Shown here: piece after piece, positions 35,297 to 47,151 of the stretch
Position numbering within the stretch: the stretch's first letter is position 1
Layout: each line of letters opens with the position of its first letter
NCBI GenBank assembly: GCA_043824255.1
Contig: JBDRTG010000005.1
Span: forward strand, 24,650-88,649
Direction of reading: 5' to 3'
Source: a bacterium
GTDB lineage: Bacteria > JAHJDO01
Length of the DNA: 64,000 nt
Notes under the pieces: model-generated
Database searches by the model: none
The model's input: only the letters and a program-made list of their open reading frames with translations
What the model was told of the DNA's origin: nothing
Position numbers and translations under genes: made by a program

Positions 35297-37330
35297 TTAA
35301 AATTTATTAAATAGTGGTGCTAAAACAAGAGAAATAACACTCATAAGCTTAATCAAAATATTGATAGAAGGACCAACTGTATCCTTTAGCGGATCGCCTA
35401 CTGTGTCTCCAATAACAGCTGCTTTATGAGCCTCGCTACCCTTTCCGCCAAAATTGCCTTCCTCAATATATTTTTTGGCATTATCCATGGCTCCGCCGCT
35501 ATTTGCCATCTGGATTCCAAGCATAAGACCGGATATCAATGCTCCAACAAGAAGGCCTGCAAGAGCTTTAGGTCCTAATAACAATCCAATTGCAACAGGT
35601 GCCACAATAGCCATAGCACCAGGAAGCAACATGCCCTGAATAGCCCCTTTTGTTGCAAGATCAACACACGTTGCTGAATCAGGCATTACCCTTCCTTCCA
35701 TTAATCCTTTGATTTCCCTGAATTGTCTTCTCACTTCATCTATTAACTTATATGCAGCTTTACTAACAGCCTTAAAAAGCATTGAAGAAAACAGGAACGG
35801 CAGCATACCTCCAATCAATAAACCTGACATAACTTTAGGATCCGTAATATCTGCTCCTTTTATGCCAACTGCCATAGTATAAGCAGCTATCAACCCTATA
35901 GCTGCAAATGCAGCTGAACCTATTGCAAACCCCTTACCAATTGCTGCTGTTGTATTGCCAACAGCGTCCAAGTTGTCCGTTATTTTTCTTACAGATGGAT
36001 CTAGCTTTGCCATCTCCGCTATACCGCCTGCGTTGTCAGCAATAGGTCCGTATGAATCAACTGAGACGATCATGCCAGTTGTAGCAAGCATACCTACAGC
36101 AGCCATAGCAACTCCATATCCTCCAGCAAAATGATAAGCAACCATAATGGCAGCGGCAAGCACCAGCACAGGCATACAAGTGCTTTCCATACCGATTGCC
36201 AGTCCGCCGGTAACAGTTATCGCAGGACCGCTCTTGGAACTCTCAGCAAGTTTTCTAACTGGTTTATATTTTGTGGAGGTAAAGAACTCACTCGTAAAGC
36301 CAATTATCATACCTGATATAATTCCAGTAAGAGTAGCATAGAAAGGACCCAGTTTAGAATACTGCTCAAACGCCACGCCAAATCTGCTTACAATAAAATA
36401 TGTACCTATAATTGACAAGATAGCGCTTATATAAGTACCGCTCATTAAGGCTCCCTGAGGATTTTTTTTGCCAAACATCTTTACATAACATACCCCAATA
36501 ATAGAAGCTATAATCCCTGCGCCTGCTATATAAATAGGCATAAATTTTAACTTATCAGCTACGCTTTGGCCCATTATAACAACAAATGTTGAACCAATAG
36601 CTATGCTTGCAATAATAGATTCAACATATGACTCTAAAAGATCTGCGCCCAGACCTGCAACATCTCCTACGTTATCTCCGACATTATCAGCAATTACACC
36701 AGGATTTCTAGGGTCATCTTCGGGAATACCTGCTTCTACTTTTCCAACAAGATCTGCTCCCATGTCTGCTGCTTTTGTGAATATTCCTCCACCAGATCTT
36801 GCAAAAAGAGCTACAAGGCTTGCTCCCATAGCGTATCCACTTATTATTACAGAGTCTCCTTTAAATATAAAATATACAATGATAAGACCTAATAAAGCCA
36901 GACCAACCACGCTCATTCCCATTACTGAGCCACCCGAAATTGCCACATTTAATGCGTCTTTTACCCCACCTTTAGAAGCAGCATTTGCTGTTCTGGAATT
37001 CGCTCTTGTTGCTATACTCATTCCAATATATCCTGCAAAAGCAGACATAAAAGAACCAATTATAAAAGCAACAGACGTCTTCCATCCCAGACCAATGCCT
37101 TTAGATATAAAAGGTGTTATACCTATTAGCCCAGCTATTAAAACTACAAAAACAGCAATATAACTGTACTCCCGTTTTAAAAAGGCTCTAGCTCCCTCTT
37201 GTATAAGACGAGATATATCCTTCATCTTCTGAGTGCCTTCTCCTTTTTTTAAAACTCCAATTGAAAGAATTATGACAAACCCTAACGCTAAGAAACTACA
37301 TATCAATGGAAATAACAACTGAACGTTCAT
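35297..37330 (-). CDS. hppA: Membrane-integral, K+-dependent cation (probably Na+) translocating pyrophosphatase; start reassigned to ATG 37330
   Basis: [51 protein letters not shown]. Confidence 0.95.
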   Translation of the reverse strand: MNVQLLFPLICSFLALGFVIILSIGVLKKGEGTQKMKDISRLIQEGARAFLKREYSYIAVFVVLIAGLIGITPFISKGIGLGWKTSVAFIIGSFMSAFAGYIGMSIATRANSRTANAASKGGVKDALNVAISGGSVMGMSVVGLALLGLIIVYFIFKGDSVIISGYAMGASLVALFARSGGGIFTKAADMGADLVGKVEAGIPEDDPRNPGVIADNVGDNVGDVAGLGADLLESYVESIIASIAIGSTFVVIMGQSVADKLKFMPIYIAGAGIIASIIGVCYVKMFGKKNPQGALMSGTYISAILSIIGTYFIVSRFGVAFEQYSKLGPFYATLTGIISGMIIGFTSEFFTSTKYKPVRKLAESSKSGPAITVTGGLAIGMESTCMPVLVLAAAIMVAYHFAGGYGVAMAAVGMLATTGMIVSVDSYGPIADNAGGIAEMAKLDPSVRKITDNLDAVGNTTAAIGKGFAIGSAAFAAIGLIAAYTMAVGIKGADITDPKVMSGLLIGGMLPFLFSSMLFKAVSKAAYKLIDEVRRQFREIKGLMEGRVMPDSATCVDLATKGAIQGMLLPGAMAIVAPVAIGLLLGPKALAGLLVGALISGLMLGIQMANSGGAMDNAKKYIEEGNFGGKGSEAHKAAVIGDTVGDPLKDTVGPSINILIKLMSVISLVLAPLFNKF

Positions 37331-37341
37331 TATAATCCTTT

Positions 37342-37914
37342 CTATACAATTACCAATGCATTGATGGTACACATTGCTCTATCAATACCATCTCTTATAA
37401 TTATGATTATAGCCTCTAAAACCTTAGATAGAATCTTATCAAGTTTATTCTTTTCAAGCTTATCAAAATTGCTTAGCACATACTTTTTTAAATCTTCATA
37501 ACGAATGCTTCTGCCTATACCAATGCGTATTCTCAAAAAATTCTCATTACCCAGCGCATCCATAATAGATTCCACACCATTATGCCCGCCGGATTTTCCA
37601 TCCTTCTTAATTCTAATTTTGCCGAATTCTATATCAGCATCATCATAAATAACAACCAAATCTTCCAAATCCATTTTATAGAAATTAACAAGCTTTGAGA
37701 CTGCTTGTCCGCTTAAATTGACAAAAGTCTGGGGCTTTGCAAGAATTATCTCATCCTTTCCTATAAAACCTCGACCAATTATAGAATCAAACTTTCTGGT
37801 TTTTATATTAATCCCAGTCTCTTTTGCCACTTTATCAAGGGCCATAAACCCTGCATTGTGTCTGTTTTTCCTAAACTTGATACCGGGATTACCTAATCCC
37901 ACAATTATCTTCAT
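37342..37914 (-). CDS. pth: Peptidyl-tRNA hydrolase
   Basis: [36 protein letters not shown]. Confidence 0.97.
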   Translation of the reverse strand: MKIIVGLGNPGIKFRKNRHNAGFMALDKVAKETGINIKTRKFDSIIGRGFIGKDEIILAKPQTFVNLSGQAVSKLVNFYKMDLEDLVVIYDDADIEFGKIRIKKDGKSGGHNGVESIMDALGNENFLRIRIGIGRSIRYEDLKKYVLSNFDKLEKNKLDKILSKVLEAIIIIIRDGIDRAMCTINALVIV

Positions 37915-38625
37915 CTACTTTTGCTCATCTGGTTTTTTCTCTTCTTTCTGCTCTTTCTTTTCTTTCCGCTCCCCTTCTGATGCCTCAGCTTCAACCTCTT
38001 CTTTCTTTCCCTCAATAACTTCTGGCTCTTCTTCCACAGAAACTTCCTCCTCCTTTATAATAGTTGGAGGAACAATGGAAACAACTGCTTGGTCAGGGTC
38101 TGCTAAAACTTCTACATCCTCTGGAATCTTCATATCTCTTATATGAATGGATGAACCTATTCCCAGCTGTGCAACATCTACTTCTAAATGACCTGGTATT
38201 TTATCAGGCAAACAGCGAATTTCCATATCCCTCATGGCGTGATCCAGCACTCCTCCCTCTTTAACTCCCGGAGCCTCGCCAGTAAGAATTATATTAATCC
38301 TTGTAGTAATTTTCTCATGAAGCAATATTTTATAAAAGTCTATATGAAGCAATCCATCACTTACAGGATGATACTGAATCTTCCTAACCATTACAGTTTC
38401 TTGTCCTGAAGAACCATCACTATCTATTGATAAAGATATAAGCACATTCTCTCCATGCATTCTTTTTACCATTTGCTCAAACTTTTTCTGTTCAACTGCA
38501 AGATTCAAAGTCTTTATACCATGGCCATATAAAACACCCGGTATATATCCATGTTTCCTCAGATCTTTTGTAGATCTTTTATTTATTTCTTTTCTAATAT
38601 TAGCTTGCAACTGAATTTTTTGCAT
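37915..38625 (-). CDS. rplY: 50S ribosomal protein L25 (long CTC form)
   Basis: LRK.GYIPGVLYG, QYHPV, HIDF, GVKEGG, acidic tail; prs-rplY-pth synteny. Confidence 0.96.
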   Translation of the reverse strand: MQKIQLQANIRKEINKRSTKDLRKHGYIPGVLYGHGIKTLNLAVEQKKFEQMVKRMHGENVLISLSIDSDGSSGQETVMVRKIQYHPVSDGLLHIDFYKILLHEKITTRINIILTGEAPGVKEGGVLDHAMRDMEIRCLPDKIPGHLEVDVAQLGIGSSIHIRDMKIPEDVEVLADPDQAVVSIVPPTIIKEEEVSVEEEPEVIEGKKEEVEAEASEGERKEKKEQKEEKKPDEQK

Positions 38626-38637
38626 TATTATCTCCCC

Positions 38638-39579
38638 TTAAACAAACAATGAACTTACAGAAGTATTATTGTGAATACTATATATTGCATTTGAAAGGAG
38701 CTCTGCTATTGAAAGAACTCTGATTTTTTTTGGTTTTTTCTTATCTATTGGGATAGTATTTGTAACGACTATCTCGTCAATAATAGACTTATCAAGACGC
38801 TCAATAGCATCTTCTGAAAACACAGGATGCGTGCATACCGCAAATATTTTTTTAACCCCTTTATCATAAAGCGCGTCTGCTGCTTTGATTATACTACCGC
38901 CTGTATCAATCATATCGTCCAGAATTACCACATTTCTTCCTTTCACATCTCCAATCACATTCATCACCTCAGCCACATTTACTTCAGGTCTTCTTTTATC
39001 AATAATAGCAAGAGTTGCATTCATTCTCTTTGCTATTGCTCTTGCTCTTTCAACTCCTCCAGAGTCAGGAGAGACGATAGTAACATTCTCGATTTTCTTT
39101 GTCAAAAAATATTTAACTAAAACAGGTGGTGCGGCAAATAAATTATCCACAGGGATATCAAAGAACCCCTGTATTTGCCCGGCATGCAAATCTATCACTA
39201 AAACTCTGTCAACACCAGCTTTTGTAATTAAATTAGCAACAAGTTTAGCTGTTATCGGAGCACGTGGTTGAACTTTTCTATCCTGTCTGCCATAGCCGTA
39301 ATACGGAATCACTGCAGTAATTCGGCTGGCAGAAGCTCTCCTGAAAGCATCGACTGTAATAAGCAGCTCCATTAAATTCTCATTAACAGGCGGGCATGTA
39401 GATTGAATAATAAAAACATCTTTTCCTCTTACATTCTCATTAATTCTTATATTGAATTCTCCATCCGCAAATCGACCTGTTTCTCCTTTACACAATGGAA
39501 TTTCTAAACATCTGGATATTTCTTTAGCTAAAGCTGGATTCGATGTTCCCGAAAATATTTTTATATTATTCTTTTCCAT
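38638..39579 (-). CDS. prs: Ribose-phosphate pyrophosphokinase
   Basis: FADGE, PYYGYGRQDR, DLHAGQIQGFF, SPDSGG, DDMIDTGGS. Confidence 0.98.
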   Translation of the reverse strand: MEKNNIKIFSGTSNPALAKEISRCLEIPLCKGETGRFADGEFNIRINENVRGKDVFIIQSTCPPVNENLMELLITVDAFRRASASRITAVIPYYGYGRQDRKVQPRAPITAKLVANLITKAGVDRVLVIDLHAGQIQGFFDIPVDNLFAAPPVLVKYFLTKKIENVTIVSPDSGGVERARAIAKRMNATLAIIDKRRPEVNVAEVMNVIGDVKGRNVVILDDMIDTGGSIIKAADALYDKGVKKIFAVCTHPVFSEDAIERLDKSIIDEIVVTNTIPIDKKKPKKIRVLSIAELLSNAIYSIHNNTSVSSLFV

Positions 39580-39583
39580 TTTT

Positions 39584-42259
39584 TTATTTCCCTTTCTCTT
39601 CTTCTAATACCGCATGCGCTGCGGCAAGACGCGCTATAGGTACTCTGTATGGAGAGCAGCTAACATAATTCATACCTACGCGATGGCAGAATTTCACGGA
39701 TTCTGGTTCTCCACCATGTTCACCACATATGCCGATCTTTAAATCAGCTCTCGAGTTTCTTCCTCTTTCAATGCCCATCTTAACAAGCTGTCCAACTCCT
39801 TCCTGATCCAGCACCTGAAATGGATCATCTTTGAGAATTCCCTTTTCCACATATTCGCTAAGAAATGCACCTGCATCGTCGCGGCTATAACCGAATGCCA
39901 TCTGTGTCAGATCATTCGTCCCAAAGGAGAAGAATTCCGCTTTCTGAGCAATCTTGTCTGCAACAATACATGCTCTTGGAATCTCTATCATTGTACCTGC
40001 CAAATACTTTACGTTTACGCCGTATTTAGCCATAACCTCCTTTGCAACTGCGTCCACAATCTCCTTCTGATTATGAAATTCACCTGTTGTTCCTATAAGA
40101 GGAATCATCACTTCAGGAATAACTTTATATTTATCTTTAGCAAGAATACATGCGGCTTCAAAAATGGCTCTTGCCTGCATCCTGGTTATCTCCGGATATG
40201 TTACACCAAGACGGCAACCTCTATGACCAAGCATTGGATTGAATTCGTGAAGTGAAGCAATCTTGCTCCTTACCTTTTCCACAGACACACCCATCTCTTC
40301 AGCCATCTCTTTTTGATTTGCTTCTTCGTGAGGCAGAAACTCATGAAGAGGTGGATCAAGTAATCTTATTGTAACCGGCAGACCATTCATAGCCTTAAAT
40401 ATACCTATAAAATCATCCCTCTGCATTGGAAGAAGCTTTGCAAGCGCCTTTTCCCTGCCGCTTACATCATCTGCGAGTATCATCTCCCGGACAGCCTTAA
40501 TTCTATCTCCTTCAAAGAACATGTGCTCGGTCCTGCATAAACCAATGCCTTCTGCCCCGAATTTTCGTGCTACTTCAGCATCTTGAGGAGTGTCAGCATT
40601 CGTTCTTACCCCAAGTTTTCTGATCTCATCAACCCATTTCATTAATGTCTCAAAGTCTCCTGAAAGCTCGGGTTGAATTGTTGGAACTTGACCAAGCATA
40701 ACCTCTCCTGTTGAACCATCAAGAGAAATCCAATCCCCCTCTTTAACAGTAATATTGCCTACAGAAAACTCCTGCCTTTGATAGTTTATCTTAATTGTAC
40801 CGCAACCAGCTACACAACATTTCCCCATACCGCGAGCAACTACTGCTGCATGAGAGGTCATGCCTCCCCTGGCAGTAAGTATACCCTGTGCTGCATTCAT
40901 TCCTCCAATATCTTCAGGAGATGTCTCAATACGAACAAGTATTGTTTTTTCTCCTGCTAGAGCTTCTGCATCATCAGCATGAAAAACAACTTTTCCACTA
41001 GCAGCTCCTGGAGAAGCAGGCAGTCCTTTTGCAAGAATTTTTTTCTCTGCTTTGGGATCAAACATCGGGTGAAGAAGCTGATCCAATTGTGCAGGCTCAA
41101 CCCTGCTAACTGCTGTCTTCTTATCAATCAATCCCTCTTCAAACATTTCAACAGCAATCCTTATTGCTGCCATTGCCGTTCTTTTTCCTGTTCTTGTCTG
41201 AAGCATCCATAACTTACCCTTCTGAATGGTAAATTCAATATCCTGCATATCCTTATAGTGAGATTCCAGCTTATTGTAAATACTCTCCAATGTCTTGTAT
41301 GCGTCCGGCATCACTTCCTGAAGCGTCTTTTGCTCTGAAGATGTTTTTGTCGATTCATTAACAGGCTGTGGAGTCCTGATACCAGCAACAACGTCTTCAC
41401 CTTGCGCATTTATCAGATACTCTCCATAAAACTTATTTTCTCCTGTTGCAGGATCTCTTGTAAAAGCAACACCTGTTCCAGAATCATCACCCATATTACC
41501 AAACACCATTACCTGAACATTGACCGCTGTGCCCCAGTCCCCGGGAATATTATTTATTTTCCTGTATTTTATTGCCCTTTCAGTGTTCCATGAGCCAAAA
41601 ACAGCATCTATGGCTCCCCACAGCTGCTTCCATGGATCATCAGGAAAATTCAGGCCTTTCTTCTCTTTAACCATTGCTTTAAACCTTGCTACCATATCCT
41701 TTAGGTCGTCTTCATCAAGCTCAGTATCAGAATGAATATTCTTCTCTTTCTTCTTCTCTTCAATTATTACCTCAAAAGGATCTTCGTCTTCTTTCTTCTC
41801 GGGCTTCATTCCAAGAACAACGTCCCCATACATCTGGACAAACCGTCTATATGCGTCCCATGCGAAACGGGCATTTCCTGACTTGACGACAAGACCCTCT
41901 ATAGTTGTGTCATTAAGACCAAGATTGAGTACTGTATCCATCATGCCGGGCATTGAGACGCGCGCGCCTGAACGCACTGATACAAGCAGAGGATTTTTAG
42001 AATCACCAAATTTAGCGCCCATTATTCCCTCAACCTTACTCATTGCATCCTTCATCTGCGACTCGAGTTCCGAAGGATAATTGCGATTATTCTTATAATA
42101 GGTATCGCACATCTCCGTAGAAATAGTAAATCCGGGAGGAACAGGTATGCCAAGATTACTCATCTCAGCCAGATTTGCTCCTTTCCCACCCAAAAGATTC
42201 TTCATCCCAGTATTTCCTTCAGCTTTCCCATCTCCAAAAAAATACACGTACTTTCCCAT
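39584..42259 (-). CDS. ppdK: Pyruvate, phosphate dikinase
   Basis: [55 protein letters not shown]. Confidence 0.98.
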   Translation of the reverse strand: MGKYVYFFGDGKAEGNTGMKNLLGGKGANLAEMSNLGIPVPPGFTISTEMCDTYYKNNRNYPSELESQMKDAMSKVEGIMGAKFGDSKNPLLVSVRSGARVSMPGMMDTVLNLGLNDTTIEGLVVKSGNARFAWDAYRRFVQMYGDVVLGMKPEKKEDEDPFEVIIEEKKKEKNIHSDTELDEDDLKDMVARFKAMVKEKKGLNFPDDPWKQLWGAIDAVFGSWNTERAIKYRKINNIPGDWGTAVNVQVMVFGNMGDDSGTGVAFTRDPATGENKFYGEYLINAQGEDVVAGIRTPQPVNESTKTSSEQKTLQEVMPDAYKTLESIYNKLESHYKDMQDIEFTIQKGKLWMLQTRTGKRTAMAAIRIAVEMFEEGLIDKKTAVSRVEPAQLDQLLHPMFDPKAEKKILAKGLPASPGAASGKVVFHADDAEALAGEKTILVRIETSPEDIGGMNAAQGILTARGGMTSHAAVVARGMGKCCVAGCGTIKINYQRQEFSVGNITVKEGDWISLDGSTGEVMLGQVPTIQPELSGDFETLMKWVDEIRKLGVRTNADTPQDAEVARKFGAEGIGLCRTEHMFFEGDRIKAVREMILADDVSGREKALAKLLPMQRDDFIGIFKAMNGLPVTIRLLDPPLHEFLPHEEANQKEMAEEMGVSVEKVRSKIASLHEFNPMLGHRGCRLGVTYPEITRMQARAIFEAACILAKDKYKVIPEVMIPLIGTTGEFHNQKEIVDAVAKEVMAKYGVNVKYLAGTMIEIPRACIVADKIAQKAEFFSFGTNDLTQMAFGYSRDDAGAFLSEYVEKGILKDDPFQVLDQEGVGQLVKMGIERGRNSRADLKIGICGEHGGEPESVKFCHRVGMNYVSCSPYRVPIARLAAAHAVLEEEKGK

Positions 42260-42339
42260 ATATTACTCCCCTGTTAATTTGAAAAATTTCCCGCTAAAAT
42301 TAGCATAAACACGGGTGACTTTCAACAGCTAAATTATTA

Positions 42340-43620
42340 TCAAACCCTCACAATATCTGCACCCAGGGAACACAGCCTTTGGTCTATTCTTTCATATCCT
42401 CTGTCTATCTGCCTGATATTATGTATTGTGCTTTCCCCCTTTGCGCACAGAGATGCTATAAGGAGTGCCATTCCAGCTCTAATATCAGGGCTTACAATCT
42501 CACATCCGTGTAAATCTGAAGGGCCAACAATTACTGCCCTGTGGGGATCACACAAAACAATCTTTGCTCCCATGTTAATCAACTCATCGACAAAGTAAAG
42601 ACGGCTTTCAAACATCTTTTCAAATATTAAAACTGTGCCTTCTGACTGAGTAGCGATAACAAGTGCTATACTTACAAGATCTGCTGGAAATCCAGGCCAT
42701 GGACTATCATCTATCTTAGGTATTGCGCCACCAACATCCGTAACAACTTTCATCTTTTTCTGAACAGGAACAAAAATATCCCTTTTATCTATCTCTAAAC
42801 TTATTCCAAGTTTTTCAAGGACCAAAAAGATTATTCTCATATGTTCTACAGGTGCATTTTTTATTAATAATTCACTATGTGTAGCTGCAGCAAGGCCTAT
42901 AAAGCTACCTGCTTCAATGTGATCTGAGGATATTAAATACTCTCCGCCACATAGTTGTTTTACTCCTTCTATCGTTAAGATGTTGCTGCCTATACCGGAT
43001 ATTTTTGCGCCAAGAGAATTAAGGAACTTACACAAACCCTGCACATGAGGCTCTGAAGCTGCATTAACTATAGTAGTCTTCCCTTTTGCAAACGCAGCTG
43101 CCATTATTGTGTTTTCCGTTGCCATAACACTTGCCTCATCCAGAAAAATATCTGCGCCGTGAAAACCAGTTCCGATTTCTAACTTATAATCATTTCCAAC
43201 ACTAACAGAAGTACCTAATGCCTCCAGAGCAAGCAGATGTGTATCAATTCTGCGCCGTCCTATTCTATCTCCTCCGGGCTTTGGTAATTTAACCTTGCCG
43301 CATCTTACCAGAATAGGCGCTGCAAACAGAAACGAGCCTCTTATTCGATGGCACAACTCAGGATTCAGCTCCACTTTTTTTATAGACAACGCCTTAATTA
43401 AATACTCATGATCCCCTAATCTTTTTACCTCCACTCCAATGTCCCTCATGATCTCAATCATGTCCCGAACATCACCAATATCCGGTACATTCTTGAGCCT
43501 GACAGCCTCCTCTGTCAGAAGAGACGCTGCCAGTATTGCTAACGCCTCATTCTTATTCCCAGCAGGGGAAATTTCTCCTTTTAGCTGTTTTCCCCCTTGT
43601 ATAATCAGCCTTTCCCGCAT
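42340..43620 (-). CDS. murA: UDP-N-acetylglucosamine 1-carboxyvinyltransferase (Asp at the catalytic Cys position)
   Basis: [47 protein letters not shown]. Confidence 0.96.
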   Translation of the reverse strand: MRERLIIQGGKQLKGEISPAGNKNEALAILAASLLTEEAVRLKNVPDIGDVRDMIEIMRDIGVEVKRLGDHEYLIKALSIKKVELNPELCHRIRGSFLFAAPILVRCGKVKLPKPGGDRIGRRRIDTHLLALEALGTSVSVGNDYKLEIGTGFHGADIFLDEASVMATENTIMAAAFAKGKTTIVNAASEPHVQGLCKFLNSLGAKISGIGSNILTIEGVKQLCGGEYLISSDHIEAGSFIGLAAATHSELLIKNAPVEHMRIIFLVLEKLGISLEIDKRDIFVPVQKKMKVVTDVGGAIPKIDDSPWPGFPADLVSIALVIATQSEGTVLIFEKMFESRLYFVDELINMGAKIVLCDPHRAVIVGPSDLHGCEIVSPDIRAGMALLIASLCAKGESTIHNIRQIDRGYERIDQRLCSLGADIVRV

Positions 43621-43680
43621 CTCTCTTTCCTCTAATTTCTATTGCTTGCTAATTCTATCACAAGAAATTTCCTTATGCCA

Positions 43681-43724
43681 GCCAATTTATTGACATTTCT
43701 CTTAAATAACAGTACTTAAAAAAA
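43681..43724. repeat. 44-bp direct repeat, left flank of the vapBC cassette
   Basis: GCCAATTTATTGACATTTCTCTTAAATAACAGTACTTAAAAAAA identical to 44458-44501. Confidence 0.92.
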
Positions 43725-43789
43725 TGGGTTGACAGAAATCCATCGATCGTGATATTGTAATACCATAAGTTATCGATAGGAGATAAGTC

Positions 43790-43996
43790 ATGCAAGCAGT
43801 AACAGTATCACCCAAGTTTCAGGTAGTAATACCTCGTACCGTTCGTGATTCAATGCATCTTCGTCCTGGGCAAAAGATGCAGATTGTAGAATATGATGGA
43901 AGAATTGAATTAGTTCCTGAACGAGATATTACTGAACTTCGTGGATTTCTGAAAGGAATCAACACGAAATTCAAACGGGAAAAAGACAGAGTATGA
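43790..43996 (+). CDS. AbrB/MazE/SpoVT-family antitoxin (VapB)
   Basis: VTVSPKFQVVIP..VR..M.LRPGQ; overlaps the toxin start. Confidence 0.9.
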   Translation: MQAVTVSPKFQVVIPRTVRDSMHLRPGQKMQIVEYDGRIELVPERDITELRGFLKGINTKFKREKDRV

Positions 43997-44367
43997 ACAT
44001 TGTCGATTCTTCCGGCTGGCTGGAATACTTCGCGAATGGATCCAATGCCAAGCATTTTATGTCTGTCCTCAAAGATACAGAATCGCTCGTGGTTCCCGTA
44101 ATTACAATCTATGAGGTTTTTAAAGTAGTACTGCGGGAAAGAGGAGAAAACGAGGCATTGTTGGCGGCTGCCGCCATGCAACATGCTCCAGTTGTAGACT
44201 TGACTGCCAAACTGGCACTTTCTGCAGCAAAACTCAGTTTGCAGCACCGCTTACCAATGGCTGACTGCATCATTCTCGCTACTGCCCAACTTCACGACGC
44301 AACCATTTGGACCCAAGATTCTGATTTTAAAGACATACCTGGAGTAAAGTACTTTCCCAAGAACTAG
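43993..44367 (+). CDS. PIN-domain toxin (VapC)
   Basis: IVDSSGWLEY, IYEV, MAD, TQDSDF acidic tetrad. Confidence 0.92.
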   Translation: MNIVDSSGWLEYFANGSNAKHFMSVLKDTESLVVPVITIYEVFKVVLRERGENEALLAAAAMQHAPVVDLTAKLALSAAKLSLQHRLPMADCIILATAQLHDATIWTQDSDFKDIPGVKYFPKN

Positions 44368-44457
44368 AAAGCAGACAACCACAAATTATATCGTATCAAA
44401 ATTTGGGTACAACAGGACGCCTCACTTTTTAGCCGTTTCCTATGATTTTTATTGCCT

Positions 44458-44501
44458 GCCAATTTATTGACATTTCTCTTAAATAACAGTACTTAAAAAA
44501 A
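44458..44501. repeat. 44-bp direct repeat, right flank of the vapBC cassette
   Basis: Identical to 43681-43724. Confidence 0.92.
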
Positions 44502-44538
44502 GAGCAATACATGGTGTTTAATAATTAATGTTCCGTAG

Positions 44539-45957
44539 CTATCCCTGCTTACAGCCTAAGGCACCAAAGAGAGCTTTTGCCTTATCCAATGTCTCTTGAT
44601 ATTCACTTTCCGGATCAGAATCAGCAACAATCCCTCCTCCTACTTGAAAACGAATTTCATTCTTTTTAGCAACTAATGTACGAATCAGTATATTCAAATC
44701 CATCTCACCAGAAAAACTCAAATATCCAAGAGATCCGGTATATATTCCTCTTCTTGTTGGCTCAAGCTCCTCAATTATTTCCATAGCCCTGATCTTTGGC
44801 GCACCAGTAATAGATCCTCCAGGAAAACATGCTTTTAATAGGTCAATCCTATCCTTTTCCTTACTTAACCTACCTCTAACAGTAGATGTTGTCTGAAACA
44901 CTGTGGAATATTTCTCAATGTCTCTTTTGCTTTCCAGATATACGGATCCATATTCACATACCCGGCCTATATCATTTCTCTCAAGATCAACAATCATCAT
45001 AAGCTCTGCCTTGTCCTTTTCGCTCTTTAACAAATCATTCTTCAATCTCTCATCCTCTTTCTTTGTTTTTCCTCTTGGTCTCGTTCCTTTCATTGGCCTT
45101 GTTCTGACAACACTATCCTTCAAACAAAGAAATCTCTCAGGAGAGACACTTATAATGGATTCTTCTCCAAAATTCAGAAACCCTCCAAAAGGCGCAGGAT
45201 TTATTTTAGTAAGACGCTTATATAACTCAAAACTGTCCATGCATAAATCACAGGTGAATCGCTGAGATAAATTCACCTGATATATATCACCTGCAGCAAT
45301 ATACTCCTTTATCCTGTCTACAGTCTTTAGATAAGAAGCTTTTGTAAAATTGGAAAGAATATCTCTTCCATTAGTAATAGAGGGAGAAACAATGGAGTTA
45401 TTGAACTTTTTGCCTTTTAATGCCCTTAACCTGCGTAAAACTAGTTTTAACCTTTCTTCTGCTCTTTTCTCTCCCTTAAGAGCTTTCTCAGGAAAGCCTG
45501 TTGATATTACATAAAACTTGTTTTGGCTATAACTATACGCAATTACCAAATCATAAAAAGCCAGACAACAATCAGGAACATTAATATCATCCTCAGCTTT
45601 ATTGGGTATTTTCTCAAGTGTTCTTCCAAGATCGTACGAAAAATACCCCACACATCCTCCACAAAAAGGCACTGGGAAAATATTATTTTCAATTTGATAA
45701 TCAGACAATATCCTTCTTATAACTTCTAATGCATCTGCATTTTTCAATACATCTGATGAGTCGCTATATGTAACCTTAACATCTGATCCCTTTGACATTA
45801 CCAACAGGAAAGGGTCACTTCCTATAAAAGCGTATTCACCTAGCCCATATTCATGCGTTCCGCTATCCAGAATAAATGAATAATCAGATGCTCTAAATAT
45901 CTCATATATTTGGATGGGAGATAAATTTAACTTTATCTCTTCAATTAAGGGTAGCAT
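44539..45957 (-). CDS. pabB: Aminodeoxychorismate synthase component I
   Basis: GYFSYDLG, GDIYQVNLSQR, SPERF, PMKGTRPR, MIVDLERND, FPGGSITGAPK. Confidence 0.9.
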   Translation of the reverse strand: MLPLIEEIKLNLSPIQIYEIFRASDYSFILDSGTHEYGLGEYAFIGSDPFLLVMSKGSDVKVTYSDSSDVLKNADALEVIRRILSDYQIENNIFPVPFCGGCVGYFSYDLGRTLEKIPNKAEDDINVPDCCLAFYDLVIAYSYSQNKFYVISTGFPEKALKGEKRAEERLKLVLRRLRALKGKKFNNSIVSPSITNGRDILSNFTKASYLKTVDRIKEYIAAGDIYQVNLSQRFTCDLCMDSFELYKRLTKINPAPFGGFLNFGEESIISVSPERFLCLKDSVVRTRPMKGTRPRGKTKKEDERLKNDLLKSEKDKAELMMIVDLERNDIGRVCEYGSVYLESKRDIEKYSTVFQTTSTVRGRLSKEKDRIDLLKACFPGGSITGAPKIRAMEIIEELEPTRRGIYTGSLGYLSFSGEMDLNILIRTLVAKKNEIRFQVGGGIVADSDPESEYQETLDKAKALFGALGCKQG

Positions 45958-45964
45958 TTTTTAT

Positions 45965-45994
45965 TTGCATTCTCTAATAGTTTTGCGCTATAAT
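45965..45994 (+). promoter_or_regulatory. Sigma70-like promoter of MC1 copy 2
   Basis: TTGCAT (45965-70), 18 nt, TATAAT (45989-94). Confidence 0.65.
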
Positions 45995-46035
45995 GTTATA
46001 AACTAATAAGCCAACTAAAACAAGGAGGGAGAAGA

Positions 46036-46332
46036 ATGGCAACGGCAAAGCTCTACTCGGTAAGAATAGGCAAGAAAGAAGATCACGTCTTTAAGGGAAA
46101 AGGCGCAAGACAGGCTGCTCTAAAAGCTGCTTCCAGAGGTCTGAAGGATTCTGACGGTCTCATTAAATTAAGAGAGCACAGCAAGAAAAAAGACGGCAAA
46201 TGGAGAATACACATATTTAAAGGTTCCGTAAAGAAAATTGCTAAACCTGCTAATGCACCTGCTTGGATGCCAAGTACAATAAACAAACCAGTTGTAAAAA
46301 AACTTCGCGTAGAAAAATTAGATAAAATCTAA
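46036..46332 (+). CDS. MC1-family non-histone chromosomal (nucleoid) protein, copy 2
   Basis: 85/95 aa identical to copy 1 over the shared core; RQAALKAA and PAWMP motifs; AGGAGG RBS. Confidence 0.9.
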   Translation: MATAKLYSVRIGKKEDHVFKGKGARQAALKAASRGLKDSDGLIKLREHSKKKDGKWRIHIFKGSVKKIAKPANAPAWMPSTINKPVVKKLRVEKLDKI

Positions 46333-46358
46333 TAAGAGCGCTTCGTAAAAAAATAGTT

Positions 46359-46386
46359 AGCTCCGACCAAAAGTCGGAGCTTTTCT
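46359..46386 (+). terminator. Intrinsic terminator after MC1 copy 2 (convergent with map)
   Basis: AGCTCCGAC-CAAAA-GTCGGAGCT followed by TTTCT. Confidence 0.75.
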
Positions 46387-46387
46387 A

Positions 46388-47137
46388 TTAGGAAAGCGTA
46401 AGGATTTCCGTAGTATTGTCAGTAATGGCTACAACATGTTCAAACTGTGCAGACAAGCTGCCATCAGAGCTGACAGCCGTCCACCCATCTGGTAGCACCT
46501 TTGTTTGATATGATCCTACATTAATCATAGGCTCAATAGCTATAACCAACCCTTTTTTGAGGGTAAATCCTGTACCTGATTTAGCAAAGTGTTGCACTTG
46601 TGGGTCTTCGTGTGCACTAGATCCTATCCCATGACCAACAAAATCTCTTACAATTGAAAAACCCTGTTGTTCAACATACGTCTGAATAGCATTACCAATG
46701 TCACCTAATCTATTATTTTCTATTGCTTCACTAATGCCAATGTCTAATGCTTTCTCTGTAACTTCAACAAGCTTTTTTGCAAGAAAAGATATATCTCCAA
46801 CGGGATAGGTAATTGCTTTATCTCCATAATAACCATTCTTACAAACTCCAACATCTATAGTTATTATATCGCCTTCTCTCAAAATCTTATCTTTTCTGGG
46901 TATTCCATGAACTACTACATCATTAACAGAAGTACATATGCTGTTTGGATATCCTCTAAATCCCAAAAAAGATGGAACTGCATCAAAACTTCTAATATAG
47001 TCTTCAGCCAATCTATCTAAATAAAGAGTAGGAATACCAGGTTTAATATGTTTGGAAACATAATTCAAGGTTTGTGCAGTTAACTGACAGCTTGCGCGTA
47101 TAAGTTCTATTTCTTCCGCTGATTTGTAATAAACCAT
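46388..47137 (-). CDS. map: Type I methionine aminopeptidase
   Basis: SICTSVN..VHGIP, ID.G, YYGD, GHGIG..HEDP, IEPM, AQFEH. Confidence 0.97.
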   Translation of the reverse strand: MVYYKSAEEIELIRASCQLTAQTLNYVSKHIKPGIPTLYLDRLAEDYIRSFDAVPSFLGFRGYPNSICTSVNDVVVHGIPRKDKILREGDIITIDVGVCKNGYYGDKAITYPVGDISFLAKKLVEVTEKALDIGISEAIENNRLGDIGNAIQTYVEQQGFSIVRDFVGHGIGSSAHEDPQVQHFAKSGTGFTLKKGLVIAIEPMINVGSYQTKVLPDGWTAVSSDGSLSAQFEHVVAITDNTTEILTLS

Positions 47138-47151
47138 AGATTAGATACAAA

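Noticed and set aside
43681..44501. 44-bp repeats as a CRISPR array, dif/XerCD site or integron attC
   Set aside because: Only two copies 777 bp apart, no cas genes, a poor match to the XerD arm TTATGTTAAAT, and no attC-like long palindrome
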